The translations under genes were made by a program, and so were the position numbers. From Polyangium sp. 6x1 (GTDB lineage Bacteria > Myxococcota_A > Polyangia > Polyangiales > Polyangiaceae): a stretch of 64,000 bases of DNA. The stretch covers positions 27,904 through 91,903 of the forward strand of contig NZ_JARZHH010000040.1 of assembly GCF_029946515.1 (NCBI RefSeq). Direction: 5' to 3'. How positions within the stretch are numbered: position 1 is the first letter of the stretch; every line of letters starts with the position of its first letter. The notes below the pieces were generated by a model. That model ran no database searches. It was not told the DNA's origin and worked only from the letters and a program-made list of their open reading frames with translations. This document shows, piece after piece, positions 8,977 through 18,830 of the stretch.

Positions 8977-10227
8977 TCAGCCGGCGGCGCCACCCGGCAG
9001 CCCCGTCGGGTCAGGGTCGCCGGCGTCTTTTGGGTCGCGTCGCCGCCTCGCCGCGGGATCGTCGTACATGAAGATCACCGTGAACAGCACGAACGCGCCC
9101 CACATCGCGACGTGGTGGTAAAGCATCGCGACCCCACCGAAGCGCTGGAAGATCTGGCTCGCGACGAGCGGGCCCGAGAGGATGCCCGCCGCATAGAACA
9201 TGTTGTAGATCGAGTTCGCGCGGCTGTAATCGCGCGGCTCCATGATGACGCCCGTGAGGGCCAGCGCGACCGGCGACATCGACGCGAACGACCCGCCACA
9301 CCCGAAGACGATGGCGAGCATGAGCCAGTAGTTGTCGGCGTAGATGAATCCGGCCACGCAGCAGAGCCCGATGAACGAGAGCACGCGGACCGCGCGCAGG
9401 TGCCCCACGCGGTCCGCGACGCGGCCGGCCACGTTCGAGAAGATCATCATTCCGAGGCAAAAGAGCCCCGGCAGCACGATCGTGCGGTTCTCGGGAATCC
9501 CCTTCGACTCGATGAGGTAGAGCGGCAGGAAAATCACCACCGCCGCCTGGAAGTATCCGTACGAGAACGAGGCGAAGCACGAGGTCTTGATGCGCCACAG
9601 GATCGTGGCGGCCGAGAGCTCCGAGCCCTTCCCGTCGTCCTTTTCGTCGCCCGTGCTCGCGCCCTCGACCGGCGGCGCCGGCGGCATCCTCAGGGCGACG
9701 TAGAGGCCCGCGCCGAGCGCGAACAGCGCGGCCACGCTGAACGTGATGGTCGCCGGGACGAACCGGTCCATGCCCGTCGCCATCAGCGGACCGGCCACGT
9801 ATCCGCTCGCGAGCCATATCGCATAAAGGGTCGTGAGGTACGCCTTGTTCTCCTTGCGGGCCTGCGCGAGCAGCACCGTCTCGGAGCTGACCCAAATGCC
9901 GATCGTGAACAGGCCGTCGATGAAGCGCACGCCCGCGACCGAGGCGAAGGTCTTCGCGAACGGGAAGGCGGCGAGGCAGCCCGCGTACCCGACGAGCGAC
10001 GCGGCCAGGATTCGCTCGGCCGAAAACCGTCGAATGATCCCGCCGACGGGCAGCGCGAAGAGCACGAGCCCCGCGCCGAAGAAGAGGGCCAGAAAGCCGA
10101 TCGAATCCTTCGAGAACCCCAGCCGGTTCAGGTGCACCGACGTGAGCCCGATCGAGATGCCGCACGCGATCCCGAACGGTAACGTGGTCGCATAGAGACG
10201 GCGAAGCGGGGGGGTGACAGGACTCAC
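8977..10227 (-). CDS. MFS transporter
   Basis: 416 aa with about 12 predicted transmembrane helices in two 6-helix halves separated by a charged loop (EGASTGDEKDDGKGSE), typical of the major facilitator superfamily. Confidence 0.85.
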   Translation of the reverse strand: MSPVTPPLRRLYATTLPFGIACGISIGLTSVHLNRLGFSKDSIGFLALFFGAGLVLFALPVGGIIRRFSAERILAASLVGYAGCLAAFPFAKTFASVAGVRFIDGLFTIGIWVSSETVLLAQARKENKAYLTTLYAIWLASGYVAGPLMATGMDRFVPATITFSVAALFALGAGLYVALRMPPAPPVEGASTGDEKDDGKGSELSAATILWRIKTSCFASFSYGYFQAAVVIFLPLYLIESKGIPENRTIVLPGLFCLGMMIFSNVAGRVADRVGHLRAVRVLSFIGLCCVAGFIYADNYWLMLAIVFGCGGSFASMSPVALALTGVIMEPRDYSRANSIYNMFYAAGILSGPLVASQIFQRFGGVAMLYHHVAMWGAFVLFTVIFMYDDPAARRRRDPKDAGDPDPTGLPGGAAG

Positions 10228-10401
10228 GCCCGGCCTGTACCATGGCGGCCGCGCGTGGGCTATGTGCCTCTGCTGCGAACGTTTTTTCTCATCGACCGCC
10301 GCGGCGCAGCATGAAAGCCCGCCCGTGGAAGTGTCGAGCCTCGCGGCACGCTTTTGTGCAAAAGGATACGCGGGCCCGCGGGCGGGCGAGCCCGGCGCGC
10401 G

Positions 10402-11001
10402 TCAATCGGCAATATCGGATTCGCCAGGGGCCACGACCGCGAAGATGTCCGAGAGCGCCGCGAGCGCGGCCTCGTGCACCGTCGCGGCGGGCACCACGCG
10501 CCCGCTCGGCCCGGGCAGGGCGCGCGTGGCCGTCGCGCCCCCGACCACCGTCGCGCGGTAGCCGCGGTTGAATGCCGCGCGGGCTGTCGAGTTCACGCAT
10601 ACGTGGGTCATGAACCCGGCCAAAATCAGGTTTTTCGCGCCAAGCGTTTGCAGCCGCTCGTGGAGATCCGTCCCCTCGAACGAGCTCGGGAGCTTTTTCA
10701 CGATCACGGGCTCGCCGGCCCGCGGGGCGACGATGTCTGCGATCTGCCCGATCTCGGCGTTCACGTCGTACGGGCTGCCGGGGCCGGCGTCGTGCGCGAT
10801 GTGGATCACCGGCGCCCCGACCGCGCGCGCCCTCGAAAGCAGGCGAGCGGCTTGATCGAGCGCCGCCTCCACGCCTTCGAGCTGCATCACGCCGCGCCGG
10901 TACGTGTTCTGGCAATCGATCAGGACGAGCGCGGAGTCACGGAGCGCCGTCGGATCCGCGGGGAGTCCGACGAGGGCGCGCAGGGTCGTGGGTTCAGCCA
11001 T
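10402..11001 (-). CDS. Isochorismatase-family cysteine hydrolase
   Basis: ALVLIDCQNTY (Asp in the catalytic triad region), AGFMTHVCVNSTAR (catalytic Cys), 199 aa. Confidence 0.8.
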   Translation of the reverse strand: MAEPTTLRALVGLPADPTALRDSALVLIDCQNTYRRGVMQLEGVEAALDQAARLLSRARAVGAPVIHIAHDAGPGSPYDVNAEIGQIADIVAPRAGEPVIVKKLPSSFEGTDLHERLQTLGAKNLILAGFMTHVCVNSTARAAFNRGYRATVVGGATATRALPGPSGRVVPAATVHEAALAALSDIFAVVAPGESDIAD

Positions 11002-11010
11002 GGTTTTCCT

Positions 11011-11916
11011 TCAATACCCGTCGCAGGCGCCGGGCACAAGCTCGGTCTTGTGGATGACCTCGCCGTCGAAGCGACAGATCTTGCTGACCGGCGGGTCGCC
11101 ATTGAGCAAGCACATGTCGAGCGCCTCCTGGCAGGAGATGTTCGGGAAGAACCCACCGCCGCTCGGGTCCTCGGAGCAGAATCGGAACGAGTAACCCCCG
11201 AGGCCGTCCTTGCCCGCGCACGGATCCGCGGTCGGCGGCTCGTCGTCGCATTCGAGCGCGTCCTCGGCCACGTGGCTCGTCTGCGTGTAGCCCTGCTCGA
11301 CCGCGCACGTCGAGTCGGCCTGGAGGTCGTCGTGCAGCGTGAATTGCGTGGCCTGGTAGCAGCCGTGGAACGAGGTCAGCGCGCGCCCCGTCAGGCCCTC
11401 GACCGCCGCGACGAGCGCCTGCGTATCGCTGCCGCCCTCGGCGTGCGGCCAGGCATAGGCATAGGCGCCGAGCGAGCCGTCCGGGCCGTCATGAATCTCG
11501 ACCGGCACGCCCGCGGGCACGTCGGCCGATTGATCGTGATAGCCGTTCAGGATCACCTTTTCGAGGATGACGCCATCGGCCGCGGTGACGGTCCAGTGCA
11601 CCGGCTCGTACGACGAGAGGACCAGGATCGAGCTCGATTGCCGCTCGACGTGCACCGACGCGGCGCCGGGCGGGTGGACGTTGCCGCTGTGATCGCCGTG
11701 CGACTCGTAGACGCCGATGAGGTGCAGCTCGGAGCCGCAGACCGGGGGCGGGCTCACGCTGCCAGGCCCACCCGGATCGGGCTGCCCCGGCTGGCCGGGC
11801 TGCCCGTCGTCGCCGCCCCCGATCACGACCGTTCCCTTGCAGCCCAAAAGACCGAGCGCGCTCGTGAGAAAGAGCCCCGCGAGCGCGCGTCCGAAATTCG
11901 ATAAGGTCATTGCCAT
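11011..11916 (-). CDS. Hypothetical secreted lipoprotein (Cys-rich)
   Basis: Start MAMTLSNF follows GGAGGA. The lipobox is LGLLGC, followed by a Gly/Pro-rich linker (GQPGQPGQPDPGGPG). It sits immediately upstream of the isochorismatase and MFS genes on the same strand. Confidence 0.6.
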   Translation of the reverse strand: MAMTLSNFGRALAGLFLTSALGLLGCKGTVVIGGGDDGQPGQPGQPDPGGPGSVSPPPVCGSELHLIGVYESHGDHSGNVHPPGAASVHVERQSSSILVLSSYEPVHWTVTAADGVILEKVILNGYHDQSADVPAGVPVEIHDGPDGSLGAYAYAWPHAEGGSDTQALVAAVEGLTGRALTSFHGCYQATQFTLHDDLQADSTCAVEQGYTQTSHVAEDALECDDEPPTADPCAGKDGLGGYSFRFCSEDPSGGGFFPNISCQEALDMCLLNGDPPVSKICRFDGEVIHKTELVPGACDGY

Positions 11917-12041
11917 TCCTCCGCGCAAAAGCCGATGCGGCCGGGAACGTAGCACGCGTGGAATGGCTGGAGAAGTGTCGACGCGCCGCCTGCCAAGGTT
12001 TTGGCAGATATCCGCCTACACCTGCTGCGGCGCGTTGATCG

Positions 12042-14438
12042 TCAATGAACCGCCTGCACTTGGCCGCCGCCCGTCTCCGCGTCGCTGCCGAGCGGGACGG
12101 TCTCTTCGTCCGCCGGCCGCTCTTCCAGCGCCGCGTGGATGACCTGGCTCATGTCCTCGGCGAACACGAACTGAAGCGAGCTGCGCACCTCCTCCGGCAC
12201 CTCCTCGACGTCGCGCGCATTCTTTTGCGGCAGGATCACCCGCTTGATGCCGGCCCGATGCGCCGCCATCACCTTCGACTTGATCCCGCCGACGGGCAAC
12301 ACGCGCCCGCGCAGCGTGCATTCGCCGGTCATCGCCGTGTCGCTGCGCACCCGCCGCGACGAGAGCAGCGACGTCAGCGCCGTGAACATCGTCACGCCCG
12401 CGCTCGGCCCGTCCTTGGGCACGGCGCCCGCGGGCACGTGGATGTGCAAATCCTCCTCTTCGAGCTTCGACGCATCCACGCCGAGCTCCGCCGCGTGGCT
12501 CTTCACGTACGAGAGCGCCGCCTTCGCCGATTCCTTCATCACGTCGCCGAGCTGCCCCGTGATTTCCACGCGGCCTCGACCCGGCATCCGGCTCGTCTCG
12601 ATGAACAGGATGTCCCCGCCCACCGGCGTCCACGCCATTCCCGTCGCCACGCCCGCCGACGCCGTCCGCTCGGCCACCTCCGCGAAGAACTTCACCTTGC
12701 CGAGGTATTTCCCGAGATCGCTCTCCTCGACGTGCAAATTCGGCTTTTCGTCCTTCGCCCGCGCCACCTCCAGCGAGAGCGCCCGGCAGAGTTTTTTGAT
12801 CTCTCGTTCGAGCTGACGAACGCCCGCCTCGCGCGTGTAATCGCGAACGATCGCCCGGAGCGCGTCGTCCGTGATCGTCAACGTGCCCTCGGGGATCCCG
12901 TGCGCCCCGAGCTGCTTCGGGATCAGGTGCCGCCGCGCGATCTGCGCCTTCTCGTCCGGCGTGTATCCGGGGACCTCGATGATCTCCAATCGGTCGCGGA
13001 GCGGACCCGACAGCGTGCCGAGGTCGTTCGCCGTGCAGACGAAGAGCACCTCGGACAGGTCGAACGGCAGCTCCATGTAATGGTCCTGGAACGTCTTGTT
13101 TTGCTCCGGATCCAGGACCTCGAGCAACGCCGCCTCGGGATTTCCCGCCCAGCCCACGGCGAGTTTGTCGATCTCGTCGAGCAGGACGACCGGGTTCTTC
13201 ACCTTCGCCTTCTTCATCCCGTGGATGATCCGACCCGGCAACGCCGCCACGTACGTGCGCCGATGCCCGCGGATCTCCGCCTCGTCGCGCACGCCGCCGA
13301 GCGCGATCCGCACGAACGGCCGGCCCGTCGCGTCCGCGATCGATTGCCCGATCGAGGTCTTGCCGACCCCGGGCGGGCCCGCGAGGCAGAGGATGCTCCC
13401 CTTCGCCGTGCCCTTCAATTTGAGGACCGCGATGTGCTCCAGGATCCGACGCTTCACGTCGCCGAGCCCGTAATGGTCCTCGTCGAGCTTCTTGCCGACC
13501 GCGTCGATGTCGTCCTTCGCGTCCGCGCGCTGGCTCCAGGGCAGCTCCGCGATCCAGTCGAGGTACGTCCGGATCACGTTGTATTCGGCCTGCTGCGGCG
13601 AGAGCGCCTCGAGCCGCTTCATCTCGCGATCGGCGACGGCGCGCACCTCGTCCGGCAAAACCGCCTTTTCGAGCCGCTCGCGCAGCTTGCCCGTCTCGTC
13701 GTCGCCGCCCTCCTCGCCGAGCTCTTTCTTGATCGCACGGAGCTGCTCGCGCAGGATCGCCTCGCGCTGGTGATTGCCGATCTCGCGGCGCACGTCCTGC
13801 TCGATCTTGCGCTTCACCTCGGAGAGCGATTTCTGCTCGATGACGAAGCCGGCCACGATGCGCAGCCGCTCGACCACGTCGAGCGCTTCGAGCACGCGCA
13901 TGTCCTTGTCCGACGCGAGCCCGAGCAGCGCCGAGACCCGATCCGCGAACAGGCCCGGATCCTCCTCGGCGAGCGACGCATCGATCGAATTCTCGATTCC
14001 GCGGCCGAGCTCGCGCACCTGATCGAAGAGCGCGCGGGCGAAGAGCTTGGCCTCCTCGCTCACCTCGCCCGTCTCGGCGGCGACCTCGCCCTCGGCGAGC
14101 CAGAACGGATCACGACGCACGATTGCGCCGAGGCGCATGCGGCCCACGCCCTCGATGACGAGCTTCATGTCGCCGCTCGGGAGCCGGCCCGTCTCCACGA
14201 CCCGGGCGAACGTCCCGAGGCGATAAAGATCGGCCTCGGACGGGTCGCTGACGTTGCGGTCTTTCTGCGTGAGGACGCCGATCACGTCCCCTTTGCTCAG
14301 CGTACGAACGAGCGCCACCGAGCGCTCACGGCCGATGGGAAGAGCGATCGCCGCGCCGGGAAACAGCACCCCGTTGCGGAGCGGAAGCACGGGAAACGGA
14401 GATGAGGGCACGCGGGCCCCGTCGCGGAGCGTCGTCAT
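12042..14438 (-). CDS. lon: ATP-dependent protease La (Lon)
   Basis: N-terminal LON substrate-binding domain, AAA+ Walker A GPPGVGKTS, Walker B VLLDEIDK, and the C-terminal protease Ser-Lys dyad region PKDGPSAGV; 798 aa. Confidence 0.95.
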   Translation of the reverse strand: MTTLRDGARVPSSPFPVLPLRNGVLFPGAAIALPIGRERSVALVRTLSKGDVIGVLTQKDRNVSDPSEADLYRLGTFARVVETGRLPSGDMKLVIEGVGRMRLGAIVRRDPFWLAEGEVAAETGEVSEEAKLFARALFDQVRELGRGIENSIDASLAEEDPGLFADRVSALLGLASDKDMRVLEALDVVERLRIVAGFVIEQKSLSEVKRKIEQDVRREIGNHQREAILREQLRAIKKELGEEGGDDETGKLRERLEKAVLPDEVRAVADREMKRLEALSPQQAEYNVIRTYLDWIAELPWSQRADAKDDIDAVGKKLDEDHYGLGDVKRRILEHIAVLKLKGTAKGSILCLAGPPGVGKTSIGQSIADATGRPFVRIALGGVRDEAEIRGHRRTYVAALPGRIIHGMKKAKVKNPVVLLDEIDKLAVGWAGNPEAALLEVLDPEQNKTFQDHYMELPFDLSEVLFVCTANDLGTLSGPLRDRLEIIEVPGYTPDEKAQIARRHLIPKQLGAHGIPEGTLTITDDALRAIVRDYTREAGVRQLEREIKKLCRALSLEVARAKDEKPNLHVEESDLGKYLGKVKFFAEVAERTASAGVATGMAWTPVGGDILFIETSRMPGRGRVEITGQLGDVMKESAKAALSYVKSHAAELGVDASKLEEEDLHIHVPAGAVPKDGPSAGVTMFTALTSLLSSRRVRSDTAMTGECTLRGRVLPVGGIKSKVMAAHRAGIKRVILPQKNARDVEEVPEEVRSSLQFVFAEDMSQVIHAALEERPADEETVPLGSDAETGGGQVQAVH

Positions 14439-14746
14439 CGTGGACTCCTTGGGACTTCAGGAAAGAGCGCCTCGCCACGGTCGGCATCGCCGGTCCGGTG
14501 GCCCGAGGCGTGAACGAACCATAAATCCGTTCACCGCTCCGTCAACGGGGGGACGTGCGAGAAGGTGACGGGACGGTACGGGAGGCTCGTGGGGGGCCTT
14601 GCGGACGCGGGCGTCACGTGCGCGACGTTCGTCGTGACCGCGTGGAGGATGGTGATCCGCGCTCTTCCGACGCGTATGCTGGTATCGGTGCGGGTAAACT
14701 GGACCTCGACGTCGTCGGACCACGGTCCTCGCAGATCGCCTTCGGG

Positions 14747-17700
14747 ATGAGAGTCGGTCAGGTCCTCGCGCAGCGATTCCGCATCGACGCCCAGGTCGGG
14801 GGCGGCGGTATGGGGCAGGTCTATCGAGCCTTCGATCTCTCCACGGGCGAGGTCGTGGCCGCGAAGATCCTGAACGACACGTCGACCGAGACCGTGATGC
14901 GTTTCGAGCGGGAAGGCCGGGCGCTCGCGCGGCTCTCGCACCCCGGCATCGTCCGCTACATCGCGTACGAGGTGATGCCGGACGGGCAGCCATTCCTCGT
15001 GATGGAGTGGCTCGAAGGCGAGGATCTCGCGCAAAGGCTTTCGCGCTCGCACCTCACGGTCCCCGAGACGATCACGCTCGCGACGCGCGTGGCCGACGCG
15101 CTCGGCGTCGCGCACGCGCAGGGCATCGTCCACCGCGATCTCAAGCCTGGCAATGTCTACCTCGTTGGAGGTCGAATCGAGTCCCCGAAGATCCTCGATT
15201 TCGGCATCGCGTTTTTCGGAGGCAGCGCCCGCATCACCGCGACCGGCACGATGATGGGCACGCCGAGCTACATCGCGCCCGAGCAGGCGCGCAGCGGCGG
15301 CATCGTCGACGCCTCGGCCGACGTGTTTTCCCTCGGATGCCTGCTCTTCGAGTGCCTCTCGGGGAGGCCGCCGTTCCAGGGGGATCACTTCGTCGCCGTG
15401 CTCGCGAAGGTCATCTTCGAGGAGGCGCCGCGGCTCTTCGAGCTCGGCGTCGTCGTGCCCCCGTGGCTCGAAGAGCTCGTCGCGCGCATGCTCTCGAAGG
15501 AGCCCACGCGGCGGCCGCGCGACGGCGCCGTGCTCGCCCGCGCCCTCGAAGCCGAGGCGCTCGAAGGCGAAGGCCTCGACGAGATCCCGCCGCGCTCCCT
15601 CGGCAAGCGCGAGCGGCGCTTCCTCGGCGTCGTGCTGCTCGGCCCGCCCGCGTCCGCGCCGCCCATCACGTCGACCTCGAAGACGCTCGCGGTCTCCACG
15701 CCCGACACGATGCGCTCGGTCGTCACGCGGTTCGGCGCGCACCTCGAGCTGCTCGCGGACGGCACGGCCGTCGTGATCCTGGATCATACGAGCGTGCCCA
15801 CGGACATCGCCGCGCAGGTCGCCCGCTGCGCGCTCACGCTCCGCGAGTTCTTCCCGGGCGTGCCCATCGCCGTGACGACCGGCTGGTGCGAGCTCGGTCG
15901 CGGCCTGCCGGTCGGCGAGGCGATCGAGCGAGCGCTCTGGCTCCTGCACATGGAGGGCTCGATCCCCGGGCCGCGCGTCGCGATCGACGAGACCACCGCG
16001 GGCCTGCTCGACAGCCGCTTCGACATCGTCGATCTCGCGCCCGGCGGCTGCGAGCTGCGCGGCGAGCGCATCGCGGCCGAGGCCTTCCGCCCGCTGCTCG
16101 GCAAGCTCACGCCGTGCGTCGGTCGCGAGCACGAGCTCACCTTGCTCGAGCAGAGCTTCGCGACGGCCGAGGGCGAACCCGCGGCGCTCGCCGTGGTGGT
16201 CACGGGCTCTGCGGGCGTCGGCAAATCGCGCCTCGTCCACGAGTTCATCGAGCGGCGCAAGCGCGCGGCCGTGCCCGTCGAAATCCTGTGGGGGCGAGGG
16301 GATCTCCAGCGGGCCGGCTCGACGTTCGGCCTTCTCGCGGACGTGTTCTGGCGCGCGGCCGAGGTGAAGGGCGGCGAGCCGATCGAGGTGCGGCGCGAGC
16401 GCCTCGCGGCGTTCGTCGCGCGCTACGTCCCTGAGCGGGATCTGCGCCGCGTGACCGAGTTCCTCGGCGAGCTCTCGGGCATCCCTTTCTCCGACGACGA
16501 CAGCCTCCCGCTGCGCGCCGCGCGCCAGGACCCGGAGCTCTGGGGCGAGCAGATACGACGCGCATTTCGCGATTTTTTGCGCGCCCTTTCCGCCGAGCGG
16601 ACCGCGCTCATCGTCGTCGAGGACGTGCACTGGGGCGATCGCGCCTCCGTCTCCGCGCTCGAAGCGGCGCTGCGCGAGCTCGCGGACGAACCGATCTTGC
16701 TCGTCGCGACCGCGCGCCCGGAGGTCGAGCAGGTCTTCCCGCAGCTCTGGGTCGAGTGCGGCCGCCAGGAGATCCGGCTGAAGCACCTCTCCGCGAAGGC
16801 GAGCGCGCGGCTCGCGCGCAAGGTGCTCGGCGACGCGGCGGACGCTCCGCTCGTCGAGCGGCTCGTGGCGCTCTCCGAGGGGCACCCGTTTTTCCTGGAA
16901 GAGCTCGTCCGGGCCGCGTCCGAGGGCACGCTCGGCGAGTCCTTGCCGGGCACGATCGTCGCGATGGTGCAGACGCGCCTCGAACGGCTCGAGCCGCGCG
17001 CGCGCCGGGCCCTGCGCGCCGCGAGCATCCTCGGCGAGGTCTTCTGGCGCGGCGCCGTCGTGCACATGGTCGGCGAGGGAGAGCCGGGCAGCGATCCGCT
17101 CGCCGCGCTCGTCTCCGGCGAGATCTGCCTGCGCCACCGCGAGAGCCGTTTCCCCGGGAACGAGGAGCTCTCGTTCCGCCACGCGCTCCTGCGCGAGGGC
17201 GCGTATGCGCTGCTCACGGACGACGATCGGCAGCTCGGCCACAGGCTCGCCGGCGAATGGCTCGAACGCGCGGGCGAGGCCGATCCGCTGGTCCTCGCGG
17301 GCCACTTCGAGCGCGGCGGCCTCTTCGATCGGGCGGGCACGATGTACATCCGCGGCGCCGAGCAGGCGAGCGCGCGGCGCAATTATCAGGACGCCGAGCG
17401 GTACTTCGCGCGCGCCGACGAGCTGCTCTCGGGTTTGCCCGTGGCGGCGCGGCGAGCGCGCGGCCTCGCGCGGTTCCGCGTCGGCCGACATGCCGACGCC
17501 GTCGCCGAGCTCGACGCGGCGCGCGTGCAGGCCGAAGCCGAAGGGGATGGCCTCGCGGCGGTCGATCTCTTGCTCGACGAGGCCATGGTGCTCGACTGGA
17601 TGGGGGACGTGAAGCGCGCCGAGGAGCGCGTCCTCGCGGCAAAGGCGTGTTACGTCGAAGGCACATCCCCCCTTGTCGACGTGCGCCTCTTGCTCGGGCT

Positions 17701-18565
17701 CGGACGGAGCTCGGATCGCGCCGATCGCAAGGAGGAGGCGGCCCGGTCGCTCTCGGCCGCTGCCGAGAAGGCTGCGCGGCTCGGGGAGGAGGGCTACGAG
17801 ACGCGGACCATCGCGTTTCTCCTGCTCGGGTTCATCCTGCCCATTCTCGGGCGGCTCGAGGAGGCGGCCGCGGCCCTCGACGACGTCATTCGAGGCTGCG
17901 AGGAGCGCAGCGATCTTCTTCATCTCGGCGCGGCGCTCAGCTCGCGTGCGCTCGTGCGAGGCTACCGCGGCGACCGACCCGGCACGGTCTCCGACCTCGA
18001 AAAGACCATCGAGCTCGGCAGGGAGCTCGGCCATCCCGCGCTGGAGCTCCTCGGGTATTACAACCTCGGCGAATACCTTTATTTGACGGACGACCTTCCC
18101 GCGGCCGAGCCGTACATCCGCTCCGCCGCGGCCGCGTTGGGTCGGCCGAACATCGGCGCTCACCCTTCGATCGTCCGATTGCTCGAAGCTCGTGTGGCTC
18201 TCTATCGTGGCGACGAGGCGAGCGCGGCGGCAATCCTCGGCTCCATTCGCGCGGAGCAGGCCGAAGCTCGGGCGCAGGGGACCGAGATCCTCGCGCCGTC
18301 GGAGGAGGTCCTTTGCACCATGGTCGAGCTCGCCGCGACCGACGCGCCGTCCGAGCGCTGGGACGAGCTCGAAGAGCGTTCGGCGCGGTGCTCGGTGGGC
18401 CAGGAGCGGATCGAGGTCCTCGAAGCGCGGGCGCTCACGGCGCTCCGCCGGGGCCGCCGCGACGACGCTGCGCGGCAAATCGGGGTGGCGCTCGACATCG
18501 CGTCGCGGGTCGCGAACGTCATGACGCCGCGGCTCCAGCGTGCGCTCGCCGCTGCGAAGGCCTGA
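14747..18565 (+). CDS. Multidomain Ser/Thr protein kinase: kinase + degenerate cyclase-homology-like region + AAA(STAND) ATPase + TPR
   Basis: Kinase motifs GGGGMGQVYRA, HRDLKPGNVYL, DFGIAF, APEQ. The mid region has RRFLGVVLLG, resembling the cyclase LTVLFaDlvG motif. Walker A is GSAGVGKSRL, Walker B LIVVEDVHW. The C-terminal ~550 aa are TPR-like. Start is chosen at MRVGQV (14747) because the N-termini of the paralogous kinases align (MLPGQVVDGRF at 41687; VRPGEVLGGRF at 21848). An in-frame ATG at 14555 is an alternative. Confidence 0.85.
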   Translation: MRVGQVLAQRFRIDAQVGGGGMGQVYRAFDLSTGEVVAAKILNDTSTETVMRFEREGRALARLSHPGIVRYIAYEVMPDGQPFLVMEWLEGEDLAQRLSRSHLTVPETITLATRVADALGVAHAQGIVHRDLKPGNVYLVGGRIESPKILDFGIAFFGGSARITATGTMMGTPSYIAPEQARSGGIVDASADVFSLGCLLFECLSGRPPFQGDHFVAVLAKVIFEEAPRLFELGVVVPPWLEELVARMLSKEPTRRPRDGAVLARALEAEALEGEGLDEIPPRSLGKRERRFLGVVLLGPPASAPPITSTSKTLAVSTPDTMRSVVTRFGAHLELLADGTAVVILDHTSVPTDIAAQVARCALTLREFFPGVPIAVTTGWCELGRGLPVGEAIERALWLLHMEGSIPGPRVAIDETTAGLLDSRFDIVDLAPGGCELRGERIAAEAFRPLLGKLTPCVGREHELTLLEQSFATAEGEPAALAVVVTGSAGVGKSRLVHEFIERRKRAAVPVEILWGRGDLQRAGSTFGLLADVFWRAAEVKGGEPIEVRRERLAAFVARYVPERDLRRVTEFLGELSGIPFSDDDSLPLRAARQDPELWGEQIRRAFRDFLRALSAERTALIVVEDVHWGDRASVSALEAALRELADEPILLVATARPEVEQVFPQLWVECGRQEIRLKHLSAKASARLARKVLGDAADAPLVERLVALSEGHPFFLEELVRAASEGTLGESLPGTIVAMVQTRLERLEPRARRALRAASILGEVFWRGAVVHMVGEGEPGSDPLAALVSGEICLRHRESRFPGNEELSFRHALLREGAYALLTDDDRQLGHRLAGEWLERAGEADPLVLAGHFERGGLFDRAGTMYIRGAEQASARRNYQDAERYFARADELLSGLPVAARRARGLARFRVGRHADAVAELDAARVQAEAEGDGLAAVDLLLDEAMVLDWMGDVKRAEERVLAAKACYVEGTSPLVDVRLLLGLGRSSDRADRKEEAARSLSAAAEKAARLGEEGYETRTIAFLLLGFILPILGRLEEAAAALDDVIRGCEERSDLLHLGAALSSRALVRGYRGDRPGTVSDLEKTIELGRELGHPALELLGYYNLGEYLYLTDDLPAAEPYIRSAAAALGRPNIGAHPSIVRLLEARVALYRGDEASAAAILGSIRAEQAEARAQGTEILAPSEEVLCTMVELAATDAPSERWDELEERSARCSVGQERIEVLEARALTALRRGRRDDAARQIGVALDIASRVANVMTPRLQRALAAAKA

Positions 18566-18830
18566 GGGCGAACGTCCGTTCGTTCGTAAGGGCCACATCT
18601 AAGGCCCGCATCAGGTTTTTGCTGTATGCCAATGCGTTGGTTCGTGCGCCGACGCACCAATTCTATCGGCCTCGGGCGGAGCTTGCGCATGTTGAGCAAT
18701 TTCGGCGCAGTGGATCGCGCCATTTTTCTGCTTGCTTCGTTGTTGGAGTGCATATAGACATAATGGAATGTCCGGAAACCCTGCGTCTTTCGGCTCCGAC
18801 ATTTTCTTGCTGCAGGATCGGAGGTCAATC

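Noticed and set aside
12045-14405. 786-aa plus-strand ORF
   Set aside because: It is antisense to Lon protease, whose motifs (GPPGVGKTS, PKDGPSAG) are unequivocal.
14531-18598. 1355-aa ORF antisense to the kinase gene 14747-18565
   Set aside because: The product is R/G/A/P-rich and low-complexity with no motifs. The sense strand encodes unmistakable kinase, Walker and TPR motifs. Long antisense ORFs are expected in ~70% GC DNA because stop codons are rare.
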